26,046 nucleotides of DNA from a virus (taxonomy: Duplodnaviria; Caudoviricetes). The notes below the pieces were generated by a model that did no database searches, was not told the DNA's origin, and saw only the letters and a program-made list of their open reading frames with translations. This document shows, one piece after another, positions 14,271 through 23,981 of this stretch. The DNA lies in the IMG/VR virus record IMGVR_UViG_3300005326_000116, positions 1 to 26,046 of that record. One strand, given 5' to 3'. The number at the start of each line of letters is the position of its first letter. Positions within the stretch are counted from its first letter, which is position 1. The translations under genes were made by a program, and so were the position numbers.

Positions 14271-15029
14271 ATGCCGGATAACAACGATATGGACGACAAA
14301 GGTCATCAGAACGATGATACCGCCGAGGATATCGGGGCGAATAATGAAGAAAGTCATACTACTTCGGAAGAAGAAAAGACAACTATTCAACCCGATACCT
14401 CTGCTAAAAACAAAGGTACGGACACGGAGCTTCACCATCAGGCTCTTGATCTGATCGGAACCGTTCTGGGTGACGATTACAAGGGTGACAAGCGAAAATT
14501 CTTCGCTGAACACCCGAAGCTCGCCGAAAAAGCGAACAAGTCAGTCAAATACAAGCAATCTTATAGAGAGCTTGTAGCGGACGATAAAGATAAAGGAGAA
14601 GAAGATGATGATGTCATTGATGAGGACTCGCTTGTAAATAAGCTGTCCGATAAGGTTTATTCCAGCGTGACCAGCAAGACTCAGGCTGAACAAAGAAAGG
14701 TTCAGACTAAGGACTTCGCGGTCAAAGAGGGTATTAACAAAGATGATATTGAAGCTCTGAATAAAGCCGCCGAAGCCTTACATAAGGCCACAGGCGAGCC
14801 TTACGCCAAATGTCTGGAAGGTGCGAAGCAGACCCTCAAGGGTTCGCTTAAAACCAAATCACCTCTTAAAATGCCTTCCGGCGACGGAATGAGTAAAGAG
14901 GGTGAGGACAAAGAGGCCGAGATAACCAGGCTTATGGACAGACACGGAGTTTCACGCAAACAGGCTGAAACCTATGTCAAAAAAAGCGGAGGTTACGACG
15001 GTTCTTTAGGTCAGTGGGTGCAGAATTAG
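14271..15029 (+). CDS. Probable capsid scaffolding protein
   Basis: Acidic disordered N-terminus, helical body, short C-terminal helix-turn-helix (HGVSRKQAETY). Position before the capsid genes. Confidence 0.75.
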   Translation: MPDNNDMDDKGHQNDDTAEDIGANNEESHTTSEEEKTTIQPDTSAKNKGTDTELHHQALDLIGTVLGDDYKGDKRKFFAEHPKLAEKANKSVKYKQSYRELVADDKDKGEEDDDVIDEDSLVNKLSDKVYSSVTSKTQAEQRKVQTKDFAVKEGINKDDIEALNKAAEALHKATGEPYAKCLEGAKQTLKGSLKTKSPLKMPSGDGMSKEGEDKEAEITRLMDRHGVSRKQAETYVKKSGGYDGSLGQWVQN

Positions 15030-15068
15030 TTAGTTAGAGGATTTAATTCCTTTAACTAAAATAACATT

Positions 15069-15500
15069 ATGGCTAAGAAATTCTGGGGTGTTACCGACCA
15101 GCTTGGTAACTCTGTCCCTACCGTATCTTTTCCCGTAGCCGCGGGCACAGCCGCTTCCATTATGGAGGGTATGGCTGTGGTGATTTCATCGAATAACATG
15201 GCTGAGGTCGCTAATGGCGCAACCTCTTTCGGCGGTATTGCCGCTGGCCCCTCCGATGAAACGGCTTCCGTCGCAGGAACGGTGCTTGTTTACCGCGCTC
15301 CGACACTTAAATTTCATGCTTTCGCGACCACTCCCGGCAATCTGTCTTCCAGTACCTTACTCACTAAGGTGACTATTGACGTGTCCGGCAATGATCACAC
15401 GATTGACGAAAACGACACCGCGTCGGGCTTCGTCGAGATCGAAAAACAGGTAGACACCACTACAGGCGAATGCGTCTGCGTGGCCGCTACAACGCTTTAA
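15069..15500 (+). CDS. Probable capsid decoration/cement protein
   Basis: 143 aa, A/G/T/V rich, I.EG.AV...FGGIA pattern, immediately before the major capsid gene. Confidence 0.65.
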   Translation: MAKKFWGVTDQLGNSVPTVSFPVAAGTAASIMEGMAVVISSNNMAEVANGATSFGGIAAGPSDETASVAGTVLVYRAPTLKFHAFATTPGNLSSSTLLTKVTIDVSGNDHTIDENDTASGFVEIEKQVDTTTGECVCVAATTL

Positions 15501-15525
15501 TTTAATTAACTAACTTTTTAAAATT

Positions 15526-16443
15526 ATGTCAGTTTTAGCAGATAACAATTTAAAGCAGGTTAATCGTGAAGTGGCTGAGGTTTTCGGTCTGGCTCTGACT
15601 TCAAGGGACAACAAATGGTCTGAAGTCTTCACCGAGAAAACGCCCACCCGCAAGGATGAAAAAGTAACGATTATCAAGCTCGACAATTCCGTGACCGAAT
15701 CCACCGACGGCGGTGCGTTCACGGCTAACAACATCAAAGAAATCGGTGATTACACAATCACCCAAAAAATCTTCAAGGATAAGATTTCTCTTGGCGATTT
15801 CGCCGAAGAGTTCGACAACTACGGCAAGATCAAACAGGCGGCAATGGAGAAGGGCTCCGATTACGCCTATCAGATGGACGCTCTGGCTGTCGCTTTCCTG
15901 AACAACCCCACCTCTTCAACGGCCCCTTACGGGTTCATTGTTGACGGTTCTTCGACCAAGACCACTTTGCTTTCCGCGACTCAGCCTATCGGCGATACAG
16001 GTGCAACACAATCCAACCTTGAAACGGGCGGATTCGATAAGACTCACCTGAATAACGCCATCGTCAAGCTGGTACAGATGAAACGTCATAACGGCAATAT
16101 CGCCGGTTATAGCGCTAACCGTCTTGTGTGTACTCCTACCGAAGCAATGGCCGTGTGGCAGGTTCTTAACTCCATTGGTGAACCTGAAAGTGCCGACCGT
16201 GCGACCAACTACATCAATACGCTTGGAATCAAGCCTATTGTGTGGGACTTGCTGACCACCACGACCACTTCGTTCCTTATGGGTTCCAAGATGGTTACAC
16301 CTCATCTGATTTACTTCGTTAAACTCCGCCCTGCTATGCAGTCAATCCGAAACCAGAACACGGGGAATATCGAGTATCAGTTTAAGATGATGTTACAGTG
16401 TGGAATCAGTGACTATGAGGCAATAGTAGGTATTACAGCTTAA
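15526..16443 (+). CDS. Major capsid protein (Mu gpT-like, HK97 fold)
   Basis: 305 aa with EEFDNYG, FLNN, LLSATQP, SNL, NGNI...ANRLVC, DYEAIVG landmarks of the gpT-like family. Confidence 0.85.
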   Translation: MSVLADNNLKQVNREVAEVFGLALTSRDNKWSEVFTEKTPTRKDEKVTIIKLDNSVTESTDGGAFTANNIKEIGDYTITQKIFKDKISLGDFAEEFDNYGKIKQAAMEKGSDYAYQMDALAVAFLNNPTSSTAPYGFIVDGSSTKTTLLSATQPIGDTGATQSNLETGGFDKTHLNNAIVKLVQMKRHNGNIAGYSANRLVCTPTEAMAVWQVLNSIGEPESADRATNYINTLGIKPIVWDLLTTTTTSFLMGSKMVTPHLIYFVKLRPAMQSIRNQNTGNIEYQFKMMLQCGISDYEAIVGITA

Positions 16444-16590
16444 CCTTTTCCAAAAGGATTTGGTGTACTCATAACAAACATCAAAAAAGGCTTCAGGGGC
16501 TGAGCCAAAATCAGCCCCACCCCATAGTGAACCCCGATTAGTCATCGGGAGGCAGAGCAATTGTACCCGCATGGGAATTATACAGACTAA
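16444..16590 (+). other. Multi-hairpin intergenic region after the capsid gene
   Basis: Stems at 16459-16485, 16496-16518 (GGGGCTGA/TCAGCCCC), 16533-16549 and 16562-16584. Confidence 0.55.
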
Positions 16591-16602
16591 CTTTATTAAA
16601 TT

Positions 16603-19194
16603 ATGTCACAAAGCAGATTTTCAGGGCCGATTAAGCTGACGGGGACGAAAGGCGGCTTGCAGTTTTTGCAGGCAAATGCCGCAACCCCTACATCTTCTTC
16701 AGTCCTTGAACTCTACCGCTCCGGCACCGATGTTTACTGGTGGAACGGAACGGCGGGTTCTAAACTAAACAGTCAGGGCGGAGGTACGGGTTCCGATACG
16801 CTGGATTCAGCATATGAGAACGGACGAGCCGTCACCCTTGATCAGGGCGCGATTGTATTTACCGATGCAACCGCGGCAGCCGCCAACTCAATCGAGTTCG
16901 TAAAAAGCGGGGCTGGTACGGGTAACATTCTTGATTTTGCAATTAATACCACATTTACAGGCAATGTCATTGATATTGACATGAATGCGGGTGTGGGTGC
17001 GAAAGCCATTTACATTGACGGAGGTGCGGCCATCAGGACTGCCGACCTCATTGATGTTAAGCATGACGGTTCAGGTAATACGGACGTGATGAATATCACA
17101 GCCACCAATACAGGTACGGGCGCAGTCTTCGATATTAATATGGACGGTGATGGCTCGAATGCCGGAGTCTTTAATGTTGATATGAATGCCGCGGTAAACG
17201 CGGAGTTTCTTTATCTTGATGTTGGTGCTGGTGCAAGGGCCGCGAATCTGATCGAAATCAAATACGACGGTTCGGGCGCGGTGGATATGTTCGCAATCGT
17301 AGCGACTGACACAAGCTCAGGACACATCTTTGACATTGATATGGGCGGAACCCATACGGGTGATGTCGTCAATATTGATCTTGACGCCGCCGTGGCCGCA
17401 CGTGCTCTTTATATTGACTCAGGTGCGGGAACAAGAACGGTTGATGAAATCGTTGTACTGCATGAAGGTGACGGCAATATTGACGTTATGTCAATTGTTT
17501 CCACCAATACAGGTACAGGTTCGATTTTTGACATCAATATGGATGGTGCGGGTTCGACTTCGGGCGTGTTCAATGTGGACATGAATGCCGCGGTCGGGGC
17601 CGAATTCCTTTACCTGGACGTAGGTGCAGGTATCAGAACCGCCAATCTGATTGAGATCAAGTATGATGGCTCAGGAGCCGTTGATTGCTTCGCGATCCTT
17701 GGAACCGATACCAGCTCAGGCCATATCTTCGATATTGACATGGCGGGTATTCATACCGGCGATGTATTTAACACGGATATGGACGCGGCTGTAGGCGCAC
17801 GTTATTCCTACGTGGATGCGGGTGCGGGTATCAGGACTGTTTCCTTATATCAAACCAAGTTTGACGGAAGCGGAAATGTTGCATGTTACGACATTGACGT
17901 TACCAACACCGGATCAGGTGCCATAATCGACATTGATGTTGATGCGGCTCATACAGGTTCAGCCATCGCGATCACTTATGGCACTTCCGCCGCCACGGGC
18001 GATGCCATTCTGATCACAACGGGAACCAATCTTGCAGGTGCGGCCCTTAAAATTGCCGCCACGGGTGCAAGGACGGATTCACTGATTGATATTCAGAGTG
18101 ACGCTACAGACGCGGGGACGGATGATTACACTTTCTACGTCAAACAGAGCGGACAGCAGGATTCTTCAATGTTCAAGCTGGTATATGACACTGCCGCCTC
18201 GACCGGTGACTGTCTTGATATCACAATGGGCACGAATGTCGCGGGTTCCGCCTTGGTTATTTCTTCGACAGGTATCCGCACTGATGACCTCATTAAGATC
18301 GACGACGACTCGACAGGTAACAGCCAGATTTTTGACATTAACCTTTCCGGTATCTATACAGGCAATGTTTTAGACATCGCCTATAGTGTGGCCGCCGTGA
18401 CTGGCTCGATGTTTAAGGGTGTTCTTGGTACAGGTGTCGGAGCTATGGCTTTTGAGGTAACTGGTACAGGTGTAAGAACAGCAGATGTGTTTGATTACAC
18501 TTCTGACCAGACCGGCTCTGCTCTTATCTTTGACATTAATCTTACAGGTGCGGCTTCAGGCAACGTATTCGATGTGACTTTCTCATCGGGTGCTTACTCT
18601 GGCAATGTTCTTGACATCAATATGGGTACTAACGTCGCGGGTGACGCTATCAATATCGCCTCCGCCGGTACAGGTGACGGTTGTGTTCTCGATGTGGCAC
18701 ATACGGGTAATCTTGCGAGTGGTAATGCCGCCGTTAAGATTGTGTCCACAGGATCGCCTGCAGGTGCTGACGGTAACCTTGTTGAACTTGTGCAATCCAC
18801 GGGGGCAGGTACGGCAGGTAACAATGTTCTTTATATTTCCGCCACAGGCACGAATGTGGAGGCACTGAACATCGCCGCCGGTTTGTTCTTTCAGTCAGTT
18901 GCAACCGCTACCCCCGGAGCAGGTAACGATGAAACACTGCCCTCATCCTCCAACGTGGTGCATTACGACCCGAATGGAGCTTCAAGGACAGGTGTTATTG
19001 TTACCGCCGGTTTAAGAGATGGCCAGAAATTAACCATCTGCAACATCGCGGATGCCGCTGAAACGGTTACTATGGCCGCCGCAGTGACTTCCAACGTGGC
19101 TTTCGGAACTTCATGCGTGATTGCACGCTATCAGGCCGTTGAGCTTACATGGAATGCCGCAACTGCACTTTGGTATCAGAATGTAGTGGTATAA
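16603..19194 (+). CDS. Large acidic repeat-rich virion protein (putative head fibre / beta-solenoid)
   Basis: N-terminal SRFSGPI motif, about 13-aa beta repeats, C-terminal DGQKLTI.N...LTW....W cap. Located directly after the major capsid gene. Confidence 0.7.
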   Translation: MSQSRFSGPIKLTGTKGGLQFLQANAATPTSSSVLELYRSGTDVYWWNGTAGSKLNSQGGGTGSDTLDSAYENGRAVTLDQGAIVFTDATAAAANSIEFVKSGAGTGNILDFAINTTFTGNVIDIDMNAGVGAKAIYIDGGAAIRTADLIDVKHDGSGNTDVMNITATNTGTGAVFDINMDGDGSNAGVFNVDMNAAVNAEFLYLDVGAGARAANLIEIKYDGSGAVDMFAIVATDTSSGHIFDIDMGGTHTGDVVNIDLDAAVAARALYIDSGAGTRTVDEIVVLHEGDGNIDVMSIVSTNTGTGSIFDINMDGAGSTSGVFNVDMNAAVGAEFLYLDVGAGIRTANLIEIKYDGSGAVDCFAILGTDTSSGHIFDIDMAGIHTGDVFNTDMDAAVGARYSYVDAGAGIRTVSLYQTKFDGSGNVACYDIDVTNTGSGAIIDIDVDAAHTGSAIAITYGTSAATGDAILITTGTNLAGAALKIAATGARTDSLIDIQSDATDAGTDDYTFYVKQSGQQDSSMFKLVYDTAASTGDCLDITMGTNVAGSALVISSTGIRTDDLIKIDDDSTGNSQIFDINLSGIYTGNVLDIAYSVAAVTGSMFKGVLGTGVGAMAFEVTGTGVRTADVFDYTSDQTGSALIFDINLTGAASGNVFDVTFSSGAYSGNVLDINMGTNVAGDAINIASAGTGDGCVLDVAHTGNLASGNAAVKIVSTGSPAGADGNLVELVQSTGAGTAGNNVLYISATGTNVEALNIAAGLFFQSVATATPGAGNDETLPSSSNVVHYDPNGASRTGVIVTAGLRDGQKLTICNIADAAETVTMAAAVTSNVAFGTSCVIARYQAVELTWNAATALWYQNVVV

Positions 19195-19202
19195 CACGAA
19201 TT

Positions 19203-19254
19203 GAATTCTTCTTCAGCCCCTCAGTAAAAAAATGGGGGGCTGGAATGAGAATTT
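19203..19254 (+). terminator. Long hairpin, probable terminator or processing site
   Basis: GAATTCT..TTCAGCCCCTCA pairs with TGGGGGGCTGGAA..AGAATTT in the intergenic gap. Confidence 0.6.
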
Positions 19255-19295
19255 AAACGGGATCGCTCGTCTTTATCCACTAATTTATTTCAAAT

Positions 19296-21026
19296 ATGTC
19301 AAATTATCTTACCAAGTCAAACGGTGATGAATACGGGCCAAGACTCCCGTTTGTCACTGATAATCTTGAGGGTGCCAAGCTGGCTCTCATCTCCGAAACA
19401 CTTACCTATAACGGAAAGGCCGTTGCGGGGGCTGTTACCATTAATACCCTTGCCTCACACCCCGTAATGTCGGCTCAAGGTGACAGGGTAGCTTCCTATT
19501 GGGATTCGCCTGAAAACCTTGTTTATACCTCTAACGGGCAGGTGGTCATTGTTGAAACGGCCACATCAGCCACGGCAATCATTGTTGATTCCAGCCGTGA
19601 TCTTGAAAAGGCTTATGAAAGTTTGACAGGCACGGTTAAAAGATTCGTACTGAAAGTAACCGATAATTCAGGTTATAGTTTGTATGGCTGGATATTCGGG
19701 GTGGCGGTTTCATCTAATGCCTATACTTTCGATATTTATAATGCCAGACTGAGTGAAGCGGCCAAAAGCTGGGTAGGGACTTTGGGTGATTTTGACATGA
19801 CAAGGGGGTGCAAGGCCGAGATTTTCCGCTACACATCTTCAATCGCTTATGGTACGGGCACTACCCTTACCGAAGAAGTAAGACCACCTGCGGGTGAATA
19901 TATCCTTAGCTGGAAGAAACTTCTTGATTACGCGAATGACACACTTACTTCCGGTCAGTGGTTCTGTGATTACATGAGGGGGCTGATTGTGGGGAAGAGG
20001 GCTGATACCACCGCTTCCGAAACTGTCACTTACAATATAGCCAGCAATTCAAATACACTTGAAACCGGCGACCTTGAAATTGGGGCCGTTGAGCTTAAGA
20101 ATGCCGCCACTGATGACAGGGCTTTGATTTCCGACGCCAACACTGCTAGGGGTGCAACTGATCATGTGCTTGAAGTGCAGGCACTTGACGCGGCGGGTGC
20201 GGTTTTAAGTACCTCGGCTTTAGCTACCGCCGCCAAACAGCCTACTCTTGGCACTGGCTTAATGGCTGGCTCAGCACCTATCACCCTTGCAACCGATGAT
20301 ACACAATTTGGTGCTGTCGGGGCCGCTTCCGATGTGGACGGCAATGTGCATGGACAGCTTAGGTATATCGGGGAAGCGGTTGATTCCTTACCCGCCGCTT
20401 TGGGAACTGCCGCTATGGCCGCTTCCATGCCTGTCACCATTGCCTCAGATGATACTCTGGTGACGGCGATTAAGACGGCAGTGGAATTGCTGGATAATTC
20501 TGTTGATGGTAATTATCTGAACGTGAACATGAATCTTGCAGGTACAGATGCCCCTTCGGGTGCTGGTACTGAAGCAGGGGTTTTAAGAGTAACTATCGCT
20601 ACCGATTCGACGGGTGTTCTTAGTGTGGATGATAATGGCAGTTCCATAACCGTAGACTGTCCGGCTGTGACAACAGGTGGTGCAACCATGTGGAAAAGCC
20701 TTGATGTTGATGAAACTGAGGATGAGGTAAAGGGTTCAGCAGGGCAAATTTACATGATTCATGCGATGAACATGAAAGCCTCTGTCCTTTATCTGAAAGT
20801 TTATAACAACACGGCGGCTGGTGTGGTTGTAGGAACAACTGTACCGGACTGGACCTTCCCCGTCCCGACTCTTGCCACGACTAACGGAGCTGGCTTTGTT
20901 GTTGCCTTTCCGACAGGAATTGCATGTGGAACTGGTATTACCATCGCCTGTACAACTGGCTTTGCAGACGCGGATGCGGGTGCACCGGGAGCCAACGAGA
21001 TGATTGTGAATATAGCCTATAAATAA
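19296..21026 (+). CDS. Putative virion structural protein with C-terminal beta-sandwich domain
   Basis: A/T/G-rich stalk with repeated LGT..MA.S.P.T.A.DD. C-terminal VKGSAGQIY...YLKVYN...GTTVP...GI.CGTGITIA domain common in phage structural regions. Confidence 0.7.
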   Translation: MSNYLTKSNGDEYGPRLPFVTDNLEGAKLALISETLTYNGKAVAGAVTINTLASHPVMSAQGDRVASYWDSPENLVYTSNGQVVIVETATSATAIIVDSSRDLEKAYESLTGTVKRFVLKVTDNSGYSLYGWIFGVAVSSNAYTFDIYNARLSEAAKSWVGTLGDFDMTRGCKAEIFRYTSSIAYGTGTTLTEEVRPPAGEYILSWKKLLDYANDTLTSGQWFCDYMRGLIVGKRADTTASETVTYNIASNSNTLETGDLEIGAVELKNAATDDRALISDANTARGATDHVLEVQALDAAGAVLSTSALATAAKQPTLGTGLMAGSAPITLATDDTQFGAVGAASDVDGNVHGQLRYIGEAVDSLPAALGTAAMAASMPVTIASDDTLVTAIKTAVELLDNSVDGNYLNVNMNLAGTDAPSGAGTEAGVLRVTIATDSTGVLSVDDNGSSITVDCPAVTTGGATMWKSLDVDETEDEVKGSAGQIYMIHAMNMKASVLYLKVYNNTAAGVVVGTTVPDWTFPVPTLATTNGAGFVVAFPTGIACGTGITIACTTGFADADAGAPGANEMIVNIAYK

Positions 21027-21033
21027 ATTTTAA

Positions 21034-23112
21034 ATGGCTAATAGATATTGGAATCCAGCAGGGGCGGCTAATTGGGGGGATGCAAATGTTTGGGCAACCA
21101 CTGCGGGCGGTGACCCTACTGGAATTGCCACGCCTACTTCGGCTGATGATGTATTTTTCACTTCGACGAATGTGAATAACTGTGCGGTGGCGGCTACGGC
21201 TGACTGTCTTTCAATATCCTTCACAGGAGGGACGGGGTACACCGGTACGTTTTCGGGGGCGAGTGCGCTGAATGTGTATGGTGATCTGACACTTAATTCG
21301 GGGGTGAATAGGACATATACTGGACTAATTACATTTAAGGCAACGAGCACAGGTAAGACGATTACGTCTAATACAAAGGCACTTGCCAGTAATGTTACGT
21401 TTGACGGTGTTGGTGGCGAATGGACATTGGCAGATGCTTTAAATATTGGGGTAAATGGTACACTCACAGTAACGAACGGCTCCTTTGTGACAGGTAATCA
21501 AAATATTACCTGTGGGGGTATTTCTTCAAGCAATAGCAATGTACGAAGTATAAATTTAGGTTCGTCCACGATAACTAGTAGTATGGGGTGGAGTCTTGCA
21601 ACTACGACTAATCTCACATGGGATGCTGGAACCTCTGTAATAAATGGGACTCTTTCAGGTGGGAGTTTTCAGGGTGGAGGATTAACGTTTTATGATTTTA
21701 CATTTAATGTGGATTCTACCCTAGAAATACAAGGGACTAATTCTTTTCACAATTTCTCATTTACAGGTGGGGCATCCAAAGTAAGAACATTCTCACTAGG
21801 GGCTAATCAGACTATTTCAGGTACTTTTACTGTAAATGGAAATTCAGCTATCAATAGGATATTGTTAAAATCTGATGTACTAGGGACTGCCAGAACAATC
21901 ACGGCGGCAACCGTATCTGGTGGTAGCGGTGTAGATTTTCAGGATATTATAGGGGCAGGGGCAGGCAGTTGGGACTTGAGTGGTGCGGCCAATTATTCAG
22001 GTGATTGTGGGGGGAATACGGGAATCACCTTTACAACCGCAGATGATTGTTTCTGGATAGGCGGTACAGGAAATTGGTCGGCAACTGCCGAGTGGTCAAC
22101 CTCATCTGGCGGTGCGGGGGGTCAGCGGGTACCTCTCCCACAGGACGCCGCCATTTTTGATGCTAATTCATTTACAGGTAGTCAAACAGTAACTCAGGAT
22201 ATGCCTAGAATCGGAAGTGTAACATTTGCAGATACTGATGCGGCTTTTACATTCACACCCTCAACGGATTGTTCTGTTTTTGGTGATGTTATACTCGATA
22301 CTAACCTTACTTTTGGGGCAGGAACACAAATTTATACTTTTGAGAAAAGAGGCGTTCAAACTCTTGATTGCGCAGGTAAGACTTGGGAGAAAAATTTTCA
22401 AATAAAAAATATTGTAGGAGTCGGGACTTTAAAATTGGTGGCAAATTGCACATTAGGAGTTACAAGGACTTTATTTGTTACCTCTGGTACTTTCACCTGT
22501 GTAGATGGAGCAAATAATTATATTTTATCAACTGGTAAAGTTTCTGTCGGTACAGATGGGACAATTACTTTAGGTTCAGCCACTCATCTTTTAACTGGCA
22601 CAGGAACAGTTTGGACAGGTACAGGTACAATCAGCGCAAGCACAGGCACTTTGAAAGTGACCGATACCTCAAACACCGCCATCACTTTCGCCGCAGGTAC
22701 TTCAAAATCCTACAACAACTTATGGTTCGACAGGGGGGCTTCAACAGCAACGAATACAATTACAGCCACGACAGGACTGACTTTAGCTGAATTTAAAGAC
22801 ACCGGAACCGCCGCACACACGAATGTTATGCCCAATGTTACGACAAATGTTACCTCCTTTGTTGCCGATGGAAGTGCTGGCAATGTGATTTCATTCACCA
22901 GAACAGGAGCAAGCGGTACATGGACTGTTTCAGATACAACCGGAACCAATACAGTCACTTATTGTAATATTTCCAACTCAACCGCCACAGGTGGTGCTAC
23001 TTGGAAGGCATGGACTGCTGACGGGAATGTGGATGGGGGAGGGAATACCGGCTGGCAGTTTGCCGAACCATCGGCGGGTGGAGCAGGTTTACTTCTTATG
23101 GGTGTAGGCTAA
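21034..23112 (+). CDS. Beta-helix adhesin-like virion protein with two tandem modules
   Basis: Two copies of a [YF]W.....NW.....W....GG.....P...D...F cap, each module ending in D.GGNTG. Rich in T, G and S. Confidence 0.7.
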   Translation: MANRYWNPAGAANWGDANVWATTAGGDPTGIATPTSADDVFFTSTNVNNCAVAATADCLSISFTGGTGYTGTFSGASALNVYGDLTLNSGVNRTYTGLITFKATSTGKTITSNTKALASNVTFDGVGGEWTLADALNIGVNGTLTVTNGSFVTGNQNITCGGISSSNSNVRSINLGSSTITSSMGWSLATTTNLTWDAGTSVINGTLSGGSFQGGGLTFYDFTFNVDSTLEIQGTNSFHNFSFTGGASKVRTFSLGANQTISGTFTVNGNSAINRILLKSDVLGTARTITAATVSGGSGVDFQDIIGAGAGSWDLSGAANYSGDCGGNTGITFTTADDCFWIGGTGNWSATAEWSTSSGGAGGQRVPLPQDAAIFDANSFTGSQTVTQDMPRIGSVTFADTDAAFTFTPSTDCSVFGDVILDTNLTFGAGTQIYTFEKRGVQTLDCAGKTWEKNFQIKNIVGVGTLKLVANCTLGVTRTLFVTSGTFTCVDGANNYILSTGKVSVGTDGTITLGSATHLLTGTGTVWTGTGTISASTGTLKVTDTSNTAITFAAGTSKSYNNLWFDRGASTATNTITATTGLTLAEFKDTGTAAHTNVMPNVTTNVTSFVADGSAGNVISFTRTGASGTWTVSDTTGTNTVTYCNISNSTATGGATWKAWTADGNVDGGGNTGWQFAEPSAGGAGLLLMGVG

Positions 23113-23130
23113 CCAATTAACAACAATATT

Positions 23131-23364
23131 ATGGGTAAAACAAAGTCACATTTCGCAACCATTCCGCTTTCAAAAAAGGCATTGATGGAAACGATGATGG
23201 CACTTGATAAAGGCAAGCCTTTCAAGGACTGGAACCTTGCCACCAGATTAAGACATGAGGAAAGGGAGGCCGATATTCAGAAAATGATCAAAAAAGAAAA
23301 GAAGAAAGCGAAGATTTATAAACTGCTGGGGAAATTAGGAACAAAAATAAGACTTTCTGATTAA
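23131..23364 (+). CDS. Small basic hypothetical protein
   Basis: ORF track, AC-rich leader, operon packing. Confidence 0.7.
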   Translation: MGKTKSHFATIPLSKKALMETMMALDKGKPFKDWNLATRLRHEEREADIQKMIKKEKKKAKIYKLLGKLGTKIRLSD

Positions 23365-23375
23365 AACCAACCACT

Positions 23376-23981
23376 ATGTCAGTTCTTTCATCACTCAAAT
23401 CAACGCTTACCCGCTATCTTGGCGCTCAGTACATCTATAACGGTGATCAGCAGACCGCAGGACTGAACTATGCCAGAAAGTACCTGCTTTTCAATTACTA
23501 TATTGATGAGTTAGCGGTTGAAACGACTTTAACTTTCACCAGCGGAAAGACTACCATTCCTGCTGATTATTTAAGATGGGTAAGGGTTTATAATTCCAGT
23601 GATACCGATTTTACAAGGAAAAATGTCAATGATTTTGACAAGGACATCAATAACACGTGGACGATCAAGGACGATTCGGGAACAAGGAAAATATGGGTAT
23701 ATCCAGCCGATACTACTAGCCTTACCATGCGGTATCTGAAACTCCCCGCCGATATGGCTTCGGATTCGGATTCATCTTATTTTAACGCCATCTGGGACGA
23801 CGCTTTATGCGCTCTGGCGGCGTGGTGGCTGTTATCGAATGACAGACAGGCCGAGGCGGGTACGAAGATGGAACTGGCGAAAGAATTTATACAGGCGAAT
23901 TTAAGGAACCAGAGCGAGGAAACGGAGGAATTACAGACCGTTTCAACTTATTTCGATGATCATATTTTATTAGACAACTAA
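23376..23981 (+). CDS. Probable head-tail adaptor (short-tail type)
   Basis: 201 aa with IPADYLR, IWVYPA, MRYLKLPADM, WDDALCALAA pattern. Directly before the nozzle gene. Confidence 0.7.
   Translation: MSVLSSLKSTLTRYLGAQYIYNGDQQTAGLNYARKYLLFNYYIDELAVETTLTFTSGKTTIPADYLRWVRVYNSSDTDFTRKNVNDFDKDINNTWTIKDDSGTRKIWVYPADTTSLTMRYLKLPADMASDSDSSYFNAIWDDALCALAAWWLLSNDRQAEAGTKMELAKEFIQANLRNQSEETEELQTVSTYFDDHILLDN

Noticed and set aside
10071-16443. Introns or inteins in TerL, portal or capsid genes
   Set aside because: The frames are uninterrupted, the sizes are ordinary, and no splicing or homing-endonuclease motifs were seen.
16603-23112. Diversity-generating retroelement acting on the fibre genes
   Set aside because: No reverse transcriptase is present. 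The repeats are in-frame coding duplications without an adenine-specific mismatch pattern that I could see.
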